DNA of 64,000 nucleotides from Malacoraja senta (taxonomy: Eukaryota). Shown here piece after piece: positions 12,120-24,602 of the stretch. The notes below the pieces were generated by a model, which saw only the letters and a list, made by a program, of their open reading frames with translations, was not told where the DNA came from and ran no database searches. A program made the position numbers and the translations under genes. The DNA lies in NCBI GenBank assembly GCA_038087875.1, contig JAXLNO010000202.1:186001-250000 (forward strand), read 5' to 3'. Positions within the stretch are counted from its first letter, which is position 1. Every line of letters starts with the position of its first letter.

Positions 12120-14060
12120 TTAATTCAGAGACTCGGGTCCTGAACTAAATGAAAGGAGACTTTGAAGGTAAGAGACGGGAATTGGCTCGGATAGACGGGC
12201 AAATTATACTTACAGGGTTGACGGTGGAGATGCAATGGGAAAGATTTAAAGACCGCATGGATGAACTCCAAGAAAAGGAAGACAGATTTTTATCTGAATG
12301 ATGTCCGTTTTTTTGTTGAGGAAAAGGGGAGGTGCAACGAGACCTGGGTGTGCTTGTACATCAGTCACTGAAGGTAAGCATGCAGGTACAGCAGGCAGTG
12401 AAGAAAGCTAATGGCATGTTGGCCTTCATTGCAAGAGGATTTGAGTTTAGGAGCAAGGAGGTCCTACTGCAGTTGTATAGGGCACTGGTGGAGTATTGCG
12501 TGCAATTTTGGTCAAATTTGAGGAAGGACATTATTGCTATTGAGGGAGGGCAGCGTAGGTTCACCAGGTTAGATGTGGCCCTTGTGGCTAAAGGGATCAG
12601 GGGGTATGGAGAGAAGGCAGGTACAGTATTCTGAGTTGGATGATCAGCCATGATCATCTTGAATGGCGGTGCAGGCTCGAAGGGCCGAATGGCCTACTCC
12701 TGCACCTATTTTCTATGTTTCTATGTTTCTATGTTAATTCCCGGGATGGCGGGACTGACATATGCTGAGAGAATGGGTCGACTAGACTTGTATTCACCAG
12801 AGTTCAGAAGGATGAGATATTAGGATCTTATAGAAACATATAAAATTCTTAAAGGATTGGACAGGCTAGATGCAGGAAAAATGTTCCCGATGTTGGGGGA
12901 GTCCAGAACCAGAGGTCAAGAATAAGGGGCTCGGCCATTTAGGACTGAGATGAGGAGAAACGTTTTCAGCCAGGGAGTTGTGAATCCGTGGAATTCTCTG
13001 CCACCGAAGGCAATGGAGGGCAAACTGGATGTTTTCAAGATTAGTGATGTTTCAAAGAGTTAGATTTAGCTCTTTGGGCTAAAGGAATCAAGGGATATGG
13101 GGAAAAAGCAGGAACGGGGTACTGATTCTGGATGATCAGCCATGATCATATTGAATGGCGGTGCTGGCATCTGTGTTTATTTGTTTCTATGTTGTTAAGC
13201 AAAGCTGAGGTCAAGTAGGGAAACTACGGGAGTGGATTCTTCGAGGAAGGATTTCCTCCCATTTGGTAGAGAACTGGCTAATTTGGAACAGTCAGCATGG
13301 CTTTGTACGTGGCAGATGGTGGCTCATGATGTTCATTGAGTTTGAGAAGGAGATGAAGGAGATGATGAAGGTCGGGTGGTGGATGTTGTCTACATGCATG
13401 TCTGTAAGGCGTTGGATAAAGTCCCTCATGGTATTCAGACCCAGAAGATCACGATGTATGGGACTGACAATGACTTGGTCGTATAGATTCAGAACTGGCT
13501 TATTCATAGATGACAGAGGGTCAGGGTTGAGGTGGAAGGAAGATATTCAGGCTGGAGGTCTGTGACCAGTGGACTTCCGCAGGGATCTGTGCTGGGACCG
13601 CAACTGTGTGTGATAGATAGATATTATATATATAGATATAAATGATCTAGGTATAAATGTAGATGGGTCAGTGAGTAAGTTTGCTGACTAACACCACAAT
13701 TGGAGGAGTTGCAGACAGTGAGGAAGGCTGTCAGAAGATACATCAGGATACAGAGCTGCTGCAGAAATGGGCCAAGAAATGGCAGATGGAGTTTAACCCG
13801 AGCAGGTGTGAGGTGTTGCACTTTGGGAGGTTGAATGTAAGGGAAATGTCGATAGTTAATGGCAAGACCCTTAACAGCATTGATGTGTAGAGGGATCTTG
13901 GAGTCCAACTTCATAGCTCACTGAAGGTGGCAGCACAAGTAGATAGGGTGGTAAAGGAGGCTGCGGTATGTTTGCCTTCATTGCTAGGGGCAGTGAATAT
14001 ATGACTTTATAGAAACATAGAAAATAGGTGCAGGAGAAGGCCATTCGGCCCTTCGAGCCT
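12120..14060 (+). mobile_element. Cluster of nested/truncated CR1 LINE fragments
   Basis: RDLGV...KANGML...LEYC, QHGF and RCEVLHFG segments. A CR1 tail at ~12570-12735 interrupts another copy. Confidence 0.8.
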
Positions 14061-14284
14061 GTCATCTACTAGTACAAGTTGACATAACAAACTAGATGGG
14101 AATAGATCAACTTGAACCAATGACATGAGCGGAAATGAAGCAGAAAGCGAGTATATAATCTGTCATACATTTGGAAGTTTTATGGATAATTCAGGGTGTT
14201 ACAGTGTGCAGACTCTAATGTCTGGAGTGGACTTCCACTGGTCACCTGGCACAAGTGCTGGAGTAACTCAGCGGGTCATAGACA

Positions 14285-14640
14285 CATGGAAACATAGAAA
14301 ATAGTTGTAGGAGGAGGCCATTCGGCCCTTTGAGCCAGCACCACCATTCATTGTGATCATGGCTGATTGTCCCCAATCAATAACCCGTGCCTGCCTTCTC
14401 CCCATATCCCTTGACTCCACTAGCCCCTGGAGCTCTATCTAACTCTCTCTTAAATCCATCCAGTGACTTGGCCTCCACTGCCCTCTGTGGCAGGGAATTC
14501 CACAAATTCACAACTCTCTGGGTGAAAAAGTTTTTTCTCACTTCAGTCTTAAATGGCCTCCCCTTTATTCTAAGTGTGGCCCCTGATTCTGGACTCGCCC
14601 AACATTGGGAACATTTTTCCTGCATCTAGCTTGTCCAGTC
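14285..14640 (-). mobile_element. CR1 LINE 3' fragment
   Basis: RKNFFTQRVVNLWNSLP...GYGEKAGTGY plus 3'UTR. Confidence 0.85.
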
Positions 14641-14644
14641 CTTA

Positions 14645-15080
14645 GGTGATAGGTGGATGCGGGAGATAAGGGTTTTTTATAAGCAGATGAGCAGACAAAA
14701 GCCAGAGATGAAAAGACTGAAGGTGTGATAAAAAGTTGCGAATTGTGAAGCTAGAGGAAGGAATGGAGGGGGGAGGGGAGATATGGGTGGGTGCCCAGGT
14801 GTGGCACAGGGGAGAGGCGGGAGAGAATGGAGGAAAGCAGTAGACCTTGGTGGAGAGTTCAGTGAAATGGTCGGCAGGTCTACGCTTATGTACAGGATGT
14901 ACAGGAGCCCACACCTGGAACAGCGGATACAGTAGATGAGGTTACAGGTGGTGTACGTGGACCTCTATCTCACCTGGAAGGACTGCTGGGGTATCTGGGT
15001 GGAGATGAGGGGGGAGGTAAAGGGACAGGTGTTTCATCTGTGGTTGCAGGGGAAGGTACCTGGGTGGGAAGGGTTGAAGG
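14645..15080 (-). mobile_element. Penelope-like GIY-YIG remnant
   Basis: Minus strand encodes IYCIRCSRCGLLYI near 14890-14940; homologous to 7997-8380. Confidence 0.7.
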
Positions 15081-15330
15081 AACCCTGTATGTAATGCAGA
15101 TTTGCAGGGTGGTGAATCTGTGGGATTCATTGCCACAGACAGCTGTAGATGGATAGTTTTAAGGCAGAGGTAGATAGATTTTTGATTAGTACGAGTGTCA
15201 GAGGTTGTGGGGATAAGACAGGAGAATGGAGTTAGGAGGGAGAGATAGATTAGCCATGATTGAATGGCGGAGTAGACTTGATGGGCCGAATGGCCTCTTT
15301 CTGCTCCCATCACATGACCTTCTGACTTAC

Positions 15331-15407
15331 ATCAGTGGACTGGCAGAGTTTGCTGAAGCTGTCGTTCAAGGCGCATACCGTCTTCTGCTCGTGAATGGGT
15401 ACGATAC
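15331..15407 (-). CDS. gpm6a: gpm6a coding exon (exon 5): large extracellular loop
   Basis: Not in the ORF track; read manually. gttccAG|GT ATC GTA CCC ATT CAC GAG CAG AAG...TCC ACT GAT|GTAAGT encodes (G)IVPIHEQKTVCALNDSFSKLCQSTD. 77 bp; phases fit both neighbours and both loop Cys are conserved. Confidence 0.94.
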
Positions 15408-16019
15408 CTGGAACAGCAACATCTGGTTAGTTTAGATTAGAGATACAGCGCGGAAACAGGCCCTTTGGCCCATCTAGGCACCAACCAACAATCACCCCGT
15501 ACACTAACTCTATCTTTTACTCACTAGGGACAATTTACAATTTACTGACCCTGCAACGCCGCCAGGACAACAGACCTTCATCAGCTCAAGATCCCTGCAC
15601 TTAATACCACTGGGACTTGTAAACGGCCCCAAACTGGTGACTCTGTATACTATCTCAGTGTACTGCTGCTGTATACCTGTACTGTATCTGAGATGTAGCT
15701 GATCTAACATGTATCTAAGTGTTTATGTATAGTGATATTGTACTGAACTGTATACAACAATGAATGTCACTGTACACTGTTCACTGTACCACACCAGACG
15801 TGGGCTGCTGGTAACAAGCGGTCCCTGTAACTATTGGCAAACGCCAGCACCAGAGGCCCAGTTACACGTCACCACAGTGCCTGGTGCTGGCACATTGGTG
15901 GGCAGGAGGGAGGGAGGCTGGAAAGGAAGGAAACAGAAGAAGGAAGGGCTGACTGGAGGGAGGGAGAGAGGGAGAGAGACCGTGTCCACATGTGATCCTG
16001 ACCCAAAGCACACCTGCAG

Positions 16020-16285
16020 CCAGTCGCCACATCTGTTCAGTCTCCACATCTGTCCCTAGCCTCCACATCTGTCCCACTCCACATCTGCCCCAGTCCACAT
16101 CTGTCCCCAGTCCACATCTGTCCCAGTCCACATCTACCCCAGTCCACATCTGCCCCTGTCCACATCTGTCCCCAGTCTCCACATGTGCCCCAGTCCACAT
16201 CTGCCCCAGTCCACATCTGCCCCAGTCCACATCTGCCCCAGTCCACATCTGCCCCAGTCCACATCTGTCCCAGTCAACATCTGCC
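16020..16285. repeat. ~16-bp minisatellite
   Basis: Unit CAGTCCACATCTGCCC. Confidence 0.9.
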
Positions 16286-16309
16286 TAGACCACTATCTCC
16301 AGGGGAGAT

Positions 16310-17160
16310 CTCCAGTCATACCACCGGGTGGCGCCGTCAACGATGGCAGCCTCGCCAACAGACTGTCTGTCTTTCTGTCTTTTTTGTTATTTTTAGTGTG
16401 TTTTATAAGTTTGTGTTAATGTTCTCTGGTTTGTTTTATGTGGGGGGTGGGGGAGGGGAACATATTTTATGTGGGGGGTGGGGGAGGGGAACATATTTTA
16501 TGTGGGGGGTGGGGGAGGGGGTCAGGGGAACATATTTCCAATCTCTTACCTTGCCGGAGATGCGATTGTTTTCTGGATCGTATCTCCGGTCGCTCTGCGG
16601 TCTAACATCATGGAGCTGGCGGCCTTGCTCGAGACTGACTTTGAACCGCACCATGGGGCCGTGGACTTAGCATCAGAGCCTGCGATCCCTTGCCTGGGAT
16701 CGACGCTCCAACCGCGGCCTGCGGATTTCACCATCGAGGAGCTCGCAGTCTCGGGTAGAGGCTGATGTCGGGAAGCTCCAGTCACAGAAGGTTTGACTAC
16801 CCCCGACCCGGGGTCCGATCGCCCGGCGCGGGGGAGCTGAGACCCCCCACCCCCCCCCCCCGATGCAGAGCTTGATCGCCCCGATGCGGAGGGCCTGACC
16901 GCCGGCTACAGGAGCCAGGATCGTCCCGACAACGGAAGGCTCGAGGCCCCCGACCACGGGAGAACAAAGAAGGGAAGAGATTGAACATTTTTTTTGCCTT
17001 CCATCACAGTGAGGAATGTGGAGGAGTCACTGTGGTGGATGTTTATGTTAAAATGTATTTTGTGTGTCTTGGTGCTTTTTATTAGTATGACTGTACGGCA
17101 AATCAAACTCCTCGTATGTTGCAAAACATACTTGTCTAATAAAGTATGATGATGATTATG
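16310..17160 (+). mobile_element. Unclassified CpG-rich non-coding retroposon-like element with AATAAA+(TGA)n tail
   Basis: Its 3' part (tcgtccc...ggaatgtggaggagtcactgtggtggatg...gcaaaacatacttg..taataaagta) recurs at ~27660-27835 and its tail at ~40310-40360. Confidence 0.55.
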
Positions 17161-17227
17161 GAGGGAGATGGCGTGTGGAGACAGTTGGGTGGCGGGATGA
17201 GGAGAGAACATTCCGGCAGGCACCTAC

Positions 17228-17381
17228 CGAACTGACGGAGGTCAAGGCAGAGGTCGGTGGAGTCGACCAGGGTGATGTTTTGACAGAGCGCCCAGACGTT
17301 GAAGTACATGAAGACGGGCAGTGAGGTGAAGGCGGTCACTCCCAACCACGCCAACATGAAGATGTAGGTCAGCATAATGAA
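17228..17381 (-). CDS. gpm6a: gpm6a coding exon (exon 4): TM3 and start of large extracellular loop
   Basis: cttgcAG|TTC ATT ATG...CAG TTC G|GTAGGT. Encodes FIMLTYIFMLAWLGVTAFTSLPVFMYFNVWALCQNITLVDSTDLCLDLRQF; 154 bp. Confidence 0.97.
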
Positions 17382-17429
17382 CTGCAAGAGAAACCGAGCG
17401 GTCAGAGCTGTGTGTGACCCGCGGCCAGC

Positions 17430-17996
17430 AACCACTGTCCACTGCCCCACAACCCACTGACCTCCACTGCCCTCCACTGACCCACCCCCCCACTGACCAT
17501 CCCCCCACTGACCTGCCCCTCTCTGACCCACTGACCCACTGACCCACCCCTCACTGACCCACTGACCCACTGACCCACCCCCCACTGACCCACTGACCCA
17601 CTGACCCACGCCTCACTGACCCAACCCCCCACTGACCCAACCCCCACTGACCCACCCCCGACTGACCAACTGACCCACCCCCACTGACCCACCCCCCACT
17701 GACCCACTGACCCACCCCTCACTGACCCACTGACCCACTGACCCACACCCCACTGACCCACCCCCCACTGACCCACTCACCCACTAACCCACCCCCCACT
17801 GACCAACCCCCCACTGACCCACCCCCCACTGACCCACCCCCGACTGACCAACTGACCCACCCCCACTGACCCACTGACCCACTGACCCACCCCTCACTGA
17901 CCCACTGACCATCCCCCCACTGACCATCCCCCCCACTGACCCATCCCCCACTGACCCATCTCCCACTGACCCCCTGACCTCCACTGACCCACTGCC
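17430..17996. repeat. (CCACTGACC)n-type C-rich repeat upstream of the exon 4 acceptor
   Basis: Direct reading. Confidence 0.9.
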
Positions 17997-18147
17997 CTGG
18001 TGCGACGGGACAGGTCGGACCTGACTGCGCTCGTCCAGTGATTCTGTCCTCACTGATCTCACCTCATGCTCTGACATTCCAGATAAAACAAGTCTGTTCA
18101 ACCTTGCAGCTGAAGCCCTGTGATCCAGGCAGCATTGGGGCCAGCCT

Positions 18148-21100
18148 CAATATACAATAGGTGCAGGAGTAGGCCATTCGGCCCTTTGAGCCTGCACCGC
18201 CATTCAATGTGATCATGGCTGATCATCCAACTCAGTATCCTGTACCTGCCTTCTCTCCATACCCCCTGATCCCTTTAGCCACAAGGGCCACATCTAACTC
18301 CCTCTTAAATATAGCCAATGAACTGGCCTCAACTACCCTCTGTGGCAGAGAGTTCCAGAGATTCACCACTCTCTGTGTGAAAAAGTTTTTCCTCATCTCG
18401 GTCTTAAAGGATTTCCCCCTTATCCTTAAGCTGTGACCCCTTGTCCTGGACTTCCCCAACATCGGGAACAATCTTCCTGCATCTAGCCTGTCCAACCCCA
18501 TAAGAATTTTGTACGTTTCTTTAAGATCCCCTCTCAATCTCCTAAATTCTAGCGAGTATAAGCCAAGTCTATCCAGTCTTTCTTCATATGAAAGTCCTGA
18601 CATCCCAGGAATCAGTCTGGTGAACCTTCTCTGCACTCCCTCTATGGCTATAATGTCCTTCCTCAGATTTGGAAACCAAAACTGTACGCAATACTCCAGG
18701 TGTGGTCTCACCAAGACGCTGTACAACTGCAGTAGAACCTCCCTGCTCCTATACTCAAATCCTTTTGCTATGAATCCTAACATACCATTCGCTTTCTTCA
18801 CTGCCTGCTGCACCTGCATGCCCACTTTCAATGACTGGTGTACCATGACACCCAGGTCTCGCTGCATCTCCCCTTTTCCTAATCGGCCACCATTTAGATA
18901 ATAGTCTGCTTTCCTGTTTTTGCCACCAAAGTGGATAACCTCACATTTATCCACATTATACTGCATCTGCCAAACATTTGCCCACTCACCCAGCCTATCC
19001 AAGTCACCTTGCAGTCTCCTAGCATCCTCCTCACAGCTAACACTGCCCCCCAGCTTAGTGTCATCCGCAAACTTGGAGATGTTGCTTTCAATTCCCTCGT
19101 CCAGATCATTAATATAATTTGTAAATAGCTGGGGTCCGAGCATTGAGCCTTGCGGTACCCCACTAGTCACTGCCTGCCATTGTGAAAAGGACCCGTTTAC
19201 TCCTACTCTTTGCTTCCTGTTTGCCAGCCAGTTCTCTATCCACATCAATACTGAACCCCCAATACCGTGTGCTTTAAGTTTGAATACTAATCTCTTATGT
19301 GGGACCTTGTCGAAAGCCTTCTGAAAGTCCAGATACAACACGTCCACTGGTTCTCCCCTATCCACTCTACTAGTTACATCCTCGAAAAATTCTATAAGAT
19401 TCGTCAGACATGATTTACCTTTCGTAAATCTATGCTGACTTTGTCCAATGATTTCACCACTTTCCAAATGCGCTGCTATCCCATCTTTAATAACTGACTC
19501 TAGCAGTTTCCCCACTACCGATGTTAGACTAATTCCCCGTTTTCTCTCTCCCTCCCTTCTTGAAAAGTGGGGTTACGTTTGCTACCCTCCAATCCTCAGG
19601 AACTACTCCAGAATCTAAAGAGTTTTGAAAAATTATCACTAATGCATCCACTATTTCTGGAGCTACTTCCTTAAGTACTCTGGGATGCAGCCTATCTGGC
19701 CTTGGTGATTTATCGGCCTTTAATCCATTCAATTTACCCCAAACCACTTCCCGACTAACCTGGATTTCACTCAGTTCCTCCATCTCCTTTGACCCGCGGT
19801 CCCCTGCTATTTCCGGCAGATTATTTATGTCTTCCTTAGTGAAGACGGAACCAAAGTAGTTATTCAATTGGTCCGCCATATCCTTGTTCCCCATGATCAA
19901 TTCACCTGTTTCTGACTGCAAGGGACCTACATTTGTTTTAACTAATCTCTTTCTCTTCACATATCTATAAAAACTTTTGCAGTCAGTTTTTATGTTCCCT
20001 TCCAGTTTTCTTTCATAATCTATTTTCCCTTTCCTAATTAAGCCCTTTGTCCTCCTCTGCTGGTCTCTGAATTTCTCCCAGTCCTCTGGTATGCTGCTTT
20101 TTCTGGCTAATTTGTACGCATCATCTTTTGCTTTGATACTATCCCTGATTTCCCTTGTTATCCACGGATGCACTACCTTCCCTGATTTATTCTTTTGCCA
20201 AACTGGGATGAACAATTTTTGTAGTTCATCCATGCAGTCTTTAAATGCCTTCCATTGCATATCCACCGTCAACCCTTTTAGAACTAATTGCCAGTCAATC
20301 TTGGCCAATTCACATCTCATACCCTCAAAGTTACCTTTCTTCAAGTTCAGAACCGTTGTTTCTGAATTAACAATGTCACTCTCCATCCTAATGAAGAACT
20401 CAACCATATTATGGTCACTCTTGCCCAAGGGGGCACGCACAACAAGACTGCTAACTACCCCTTCCTCATTACTCAATACCCAGTCTAGAATAGCCTGCTC
20501 TCTCGTTGGTTCCTCTACATGTTGGTTTAGATAACTATCCCGCATACATTCCAAGAAATCCTCTTCCTCAGCACCCCTGCCAATTTGATTCACCCAATCT
20601 ATATGTAGATTGAAGTCACCCATTATAACTGTTTTGCCTTTGTTGCACGCATTTCTAATTTCCTGTTTGATACCATCTCCAACTTCACTACTACTGCTAG
20701 GTGGCCTGTACACAACACCCACCAGCGTTTTCTGCCCCTTAGTGTTGCGCAGCTCTACCCATACCGATTCCACATCCTCGAACCTAATGTCCTTCCTTTC
20801 CATTGCGTTAATCTCCTCTCTAATCATCAATGCTACCCCACCTCCTTTTCCTTTCTCTCTATCCCTCCTGAATATTGAATATCCCTGGATATTCAGCTCC
20901 CAGCCTTGGTCACCCTGGAGCCATGTCTCCGTGATCCCAACTATATCATAATCATTAATTGCTATCTGCACGTTCAACTCATCCACCTTATTACGAATGC
21001 TCCTTGCATTGAGACACAAAGCCTTCAGGCTTGTTTTTACAACGCTCTTACCCCTTATACAATTATGTTGAAAAGTGGCCCTTTTTGATTTTTGCCCTGG

Positions 21101-21187
21101 ATTTGTCTGCCTGCCACTTTTACTTTTCACCTTGCTACCTATTGCTTCCGCCCACATTTTACACCCTCTGTTTCTCTGCTCACCCAT
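18148..21187 (-). mobile_element. CR1-clade LINE with near-complete ORF2 (APE endonuclease + RT) and 3'UTR, one frameshift
   Basis: ORF 19529-21187 has APE motifs (CLNARSIRNK, DIVGITETW, GDFN, SDH). ORF 18232-19515 has RT motifs (YLDFQKAFDKVPH, GVPQGS, FADD) and the CR1 C-terminus (RPHLEYC...GYGEKAG). The 3' tail ends near 18148. The 5' end may extend to about 21300. Confidence 0.95.
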
Positions 21188-21313
21188 TTAAGAACCCCAC
21201 CACCTCTTAATCTCTGTTTATTATTGTTTTCTTCTTTCCCCCATACATGTTGGGTCTGAATGCTTTCCTTCTCTGCCTCCTGCCTCACACACTGTCTAAT
21301 AGCATTCTCATAC

Positions 21314-21470
21314 CCAGCCGCTGACACAGCGCCCGCACGTGGTGATCTTGAAGTCTCCATACAGGTCCTTGATGGCCCCAGTTGTAAAAAAACCCTCCAC
21401 CATCAGGAGGATTCCGTAGACAAAGAAGGCCGCTGCTATCCCGTAGATGACATACTTGAAGATGTCAATC
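21314..21470 (-). CDS. gpm6a: gpm6a coding exon (exon 3): TM2 and intracellular loop
   Basis: ctgcAG|G ATT GAC ATC...GGC TGG|GTATGA. Completes the split ATG from the previous exon. Encodes IDIFKYVIYGIAAAFFVYGILLMVEGFFTTGAIKDLYGDFKITTCGRCVSGW; 157 bp. Confidence 0.97.
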
Positions 21471-21554
21471 CTGCAGGGACAAATGTACAAGACTCAGATC
21501 ATTGTCGAGTGGAGAGACTCCTGACACCAGGGATCCTGTACAAGGTGGAGGCTT

Positions 21555-21980
21555 CAGTTTTAGTTTCAGTTTCAGTTTAGTTTATCGTCACCTGTAACGA
21601 GGTACAGTATAAAGCTTTTGTTGCGTGCTAACCAGTCAGCAGAAAACCTATACATGATTACAATCGCCCATTTACAGAGTACAGATGCATGATAATGGAA
21701 TAACGTTTAGTGTAAGATAAAGTCCAGTGAAGTCTGAGTAAAAATAGTCCAAGGGTCACCAATGAGGTGGATAATAGTTCAGGACTGCTGTCTGGTTGTG
21801 GTAGGATGGTTCAGTTGCCTGATAACAGCCGGGAAGAAACTGTCCCTGAATCTGGAGATGTGCGTTTTCACACTTCTGTACCCCTTGCCCGATGGGAGAG
21901 GGGAGAAGAGGGAGTGGCCAGGGTGCGACTGGTCCTTGATTATGCTGCTGGCCTTGCCGAGGCAGCGTGAGGTGTAGATG
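21555..21980 (-). mobile_element. Rex1/L2-like LINE 3' fragment
   Basis: IIKDQSHPGHSLFSPLPSGKGYRS...FRDSFFPAVIRQLN plus tail. Sister copies at 23600-24045 and 58575-59260. Confidence 0.75.
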
Positions 21981-22457
21981 GTCATAGCCAATGTTTCACA
22001 TCAAACACTTTGCTTCAGAATCACTCTCCACACATGCTGCCTAACCTGGTGAGTGTTGCCAGCATTCCCAGTTTTTATTTCAGATGTCTGGCACTTGTAG
22101 TTATCTTATTTACTACAGCGACCAATACAGACGATTGGATTATAACCTCCAGTCACAGTGGCTGCGGAATTAAGATTCAATTCATTCAATGCAGGTTAGA
22201 ATAAAAAGCCCCCTCTAGAAAGGAGATGAGGGGGGATTTCTTTAATCAGAGGGTGGTGAATCTGTGGAATCCATTGCTACAGAACGCTGTGGAGGCCAAG
22301 TCATTGGGTATTTTTAAGGCGGAGATTGGCAGGTTCTTGTGTAGGAAGAAACTGCAGAACCTGGTTTAAACCAAAATGCTGGAGTAACTCAGCGGGACAG
22401 GCAGCATCTCTGGAGAGATGAAATGGGTGACATTTCGGGTCGAGACCCTTCTTTTGA

Positions 22458-22746
22458 TAGTTTAGTTTAGTTTAGTTTAGAGATACAGCGCGGAAACAGG
22501 CCCTTCGGCCCACAGAGTCCGTGCCGGCCAGCGATCCCCGCACACTAACACTATCCTACACACACTGGGGACAATTTACATTTAGACTAAGCCAATTAAC
22601 CTACAAACCTGTACGTCTTTGGAGTGTGGGAGGAAACCGAAGATCTTGGGGGAAACCCACGCAGGTCACAGGGAGAACGTGCAAACTCCATACAGACAGC
22701 ACCTGTAGTTGGCATCGAACCCGGATCTCTGGCGATGTGAGGCAGC
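22458..22746 (-). mobile_element. V-SINE (HE1-like), head truncated
   Basis: Reverse complement of the 7166-7476 family. Confidence 0.8.
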
Positions 22747-23599
22747 CCCAAGGCTGTAAGTGTGTCAGGGGTTACGGGGAGAAGGCAGGAGAATGGTGTT
22801 GAAAGGGAAAGACAGATCAGCCATGATTGAATGGAGGAGTAGACTTGATGGGCCGAATGGCTTAATTGTGCTCCTGGATCCTATGAGGAAGAGGAAGTGT
22901 GACATTCTGGATTGTTATAAAGACCCACCCATTTGAAAATGTTAGGCGATGATCCAGCGATGGAGATGGGAGGTCTCAGAAACGACTTCATCACAAGCTC
23001 AATAGGATAACAAACCTGTCCCTGGGATGCAGACTGACATCAACAGGGGGAAACGGTCGGAACTGATGGTCACAGAATGAGGTTCAATAATCTTAACGTC
23101 ATCAAATTAAATAGACAAATACAAGATTCTGCTCAATAAATAAATGGGAAAACTTTACACTGTGCCCTGTTACTGCAAAGGAACACGATGAATGTATCAA
23201 ACCTGCCACTGGTATAGACAGGGTGGACAGATAATGTCCCAGCGTGGAAGATTCAATTACTAGAGGGCAAGGCTTTATGGAGGGAGGGGCAAGGTTTAAA
23301 GGAGATGTGCGGGGCTAGATTTTTAAACAGAGTGGTGGGTGCCTGGATCGTGCTGCCAGGGATGGTGGTGGAGGCAGATACGATAGTGGTGTTTAAAGAG
23401 AGTTTTGGATAGGCACGTGGATATGCAGGGAATGGAGGGATATGGATCACGTGCAGGCAGATAAGAGTTGGTCTTGACATGATGTCTGGCACAGATAATG
23501 TGGGCCAAAGGGCCTGTTCCTGTGCTATGTGCAAGAGTGAACAGCAGGTGCTGGTTTAAACTGAAGATAGACTAGTCTATGGCAGACAAAAATGCCACT

Positions 23600-24045
23600 A
23601 CCGTTACAGTGTACAGATACATGATAAGGGAATAACGTTTAGTGCAAGATAAAGGCAGTAAGGTCCGATCAAAGATAGTCCGAGGGTCACCAATGAGGTA
23701 GATAGTAGTTCAGGACTGCTCTCTAGTTGGTGAGAGGATGGTTCAGTTGCCTGATAACAGCTGGGAAGAAACTGTCCCTGAATCTGGAGGTGTGCGTTTT
23801 CACACTTCTGTACCTCTTGCCTGATGGGAGAGGGGAGAAGAGGGAGTGGCCGGGGTGCGACTGGTCCTTGATTGTGCTGCTGGCCTTGCCGAGGCAGCGT
23901 GAGGTGTAGATGGAGTCAATGGAAGGGAGGTTGGTTTGTGTGATGGTCTGGGCTGCTGTCCACAATTCGCTGTAATTTCTTGCGGTCTTGGACGGAGCTG
24001 TTCCCAAACCGTGCCGTGATGCATCTCGATAAAATGCCTTCTACC
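23600..24045 (-). mobile_element. Rex1/L2-like LINE 3' fragment
   Basis: ORF 23723-24007 with HPGHSLFSPLPSGKRYRS. Confidence 0.75.
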
Positions 24046-24297
24046 TGTTTTCTCGTGTTGTTGTGAGTTTCTTCCATCAGATTATGGAGCCTAACAACGT
24101 CAGCGTTTGGATCTTACGCCCTTGAAATGATGCCAATGTGAATGGAACCATGATATGGTTGGATTTCATCGACACCTCCAGAGCCCAGCTCCCTGCACTA
24201 CCCCCTGGTTCATGGCTCCAAGATTATATCCAAGAAAGATTATAGCCTATAATCTCTGCACAACTTTCAAAATGAAATTAATCTATCAGCACAAAAA

Positions 24298-24602
24298 CTA
24301 GTTTAGTTTAGTTTCACCTAAAGAAACAGTGCGGATATAGACCCTCTGCCTACCGAGTCCGACCAGCGATCCCTGCACAGTAACACTATCCCACACACAC
24401 TAGCGACAATTTACAATTATATCGAGCCAATTAACCTACAACCTGTGTGTCTTTGGAATGTGGATCGAATCCGGAGCACCCGGAGAAAACCCACATGCTC
24501 ACACATACAAACATACAAACTCCGTATAGACAACACCCATAGTCAGGATTGAACCCGGGCCTCTGGCGCTGTCAGGCAGCAACTCTACCGCTGCGCCACC
24601 GT
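24298..24602 (-). mobile_element. V-SINE (HE1-like)
   Basis: Reverse-complement copy with tRNA-like head at ~24540-24602. Confidence 0.8.

Noticed and set aside
18232..21187. Domesticated RT gene or exon 3-LINE fusion protein
   Set aside because: ORF2 is frameshifted, near-identical 3' fragments are scattered across the window, and exon 3 read-through stops immediately at TGA.
18141..21319. CCAGCC on both sides of the intron 3 CR1 as a target-site duplication
   Set aside because: One copy lies inside exon 3. Excising between them would remove the GT donor, so a chance 6-mer match is more likely.
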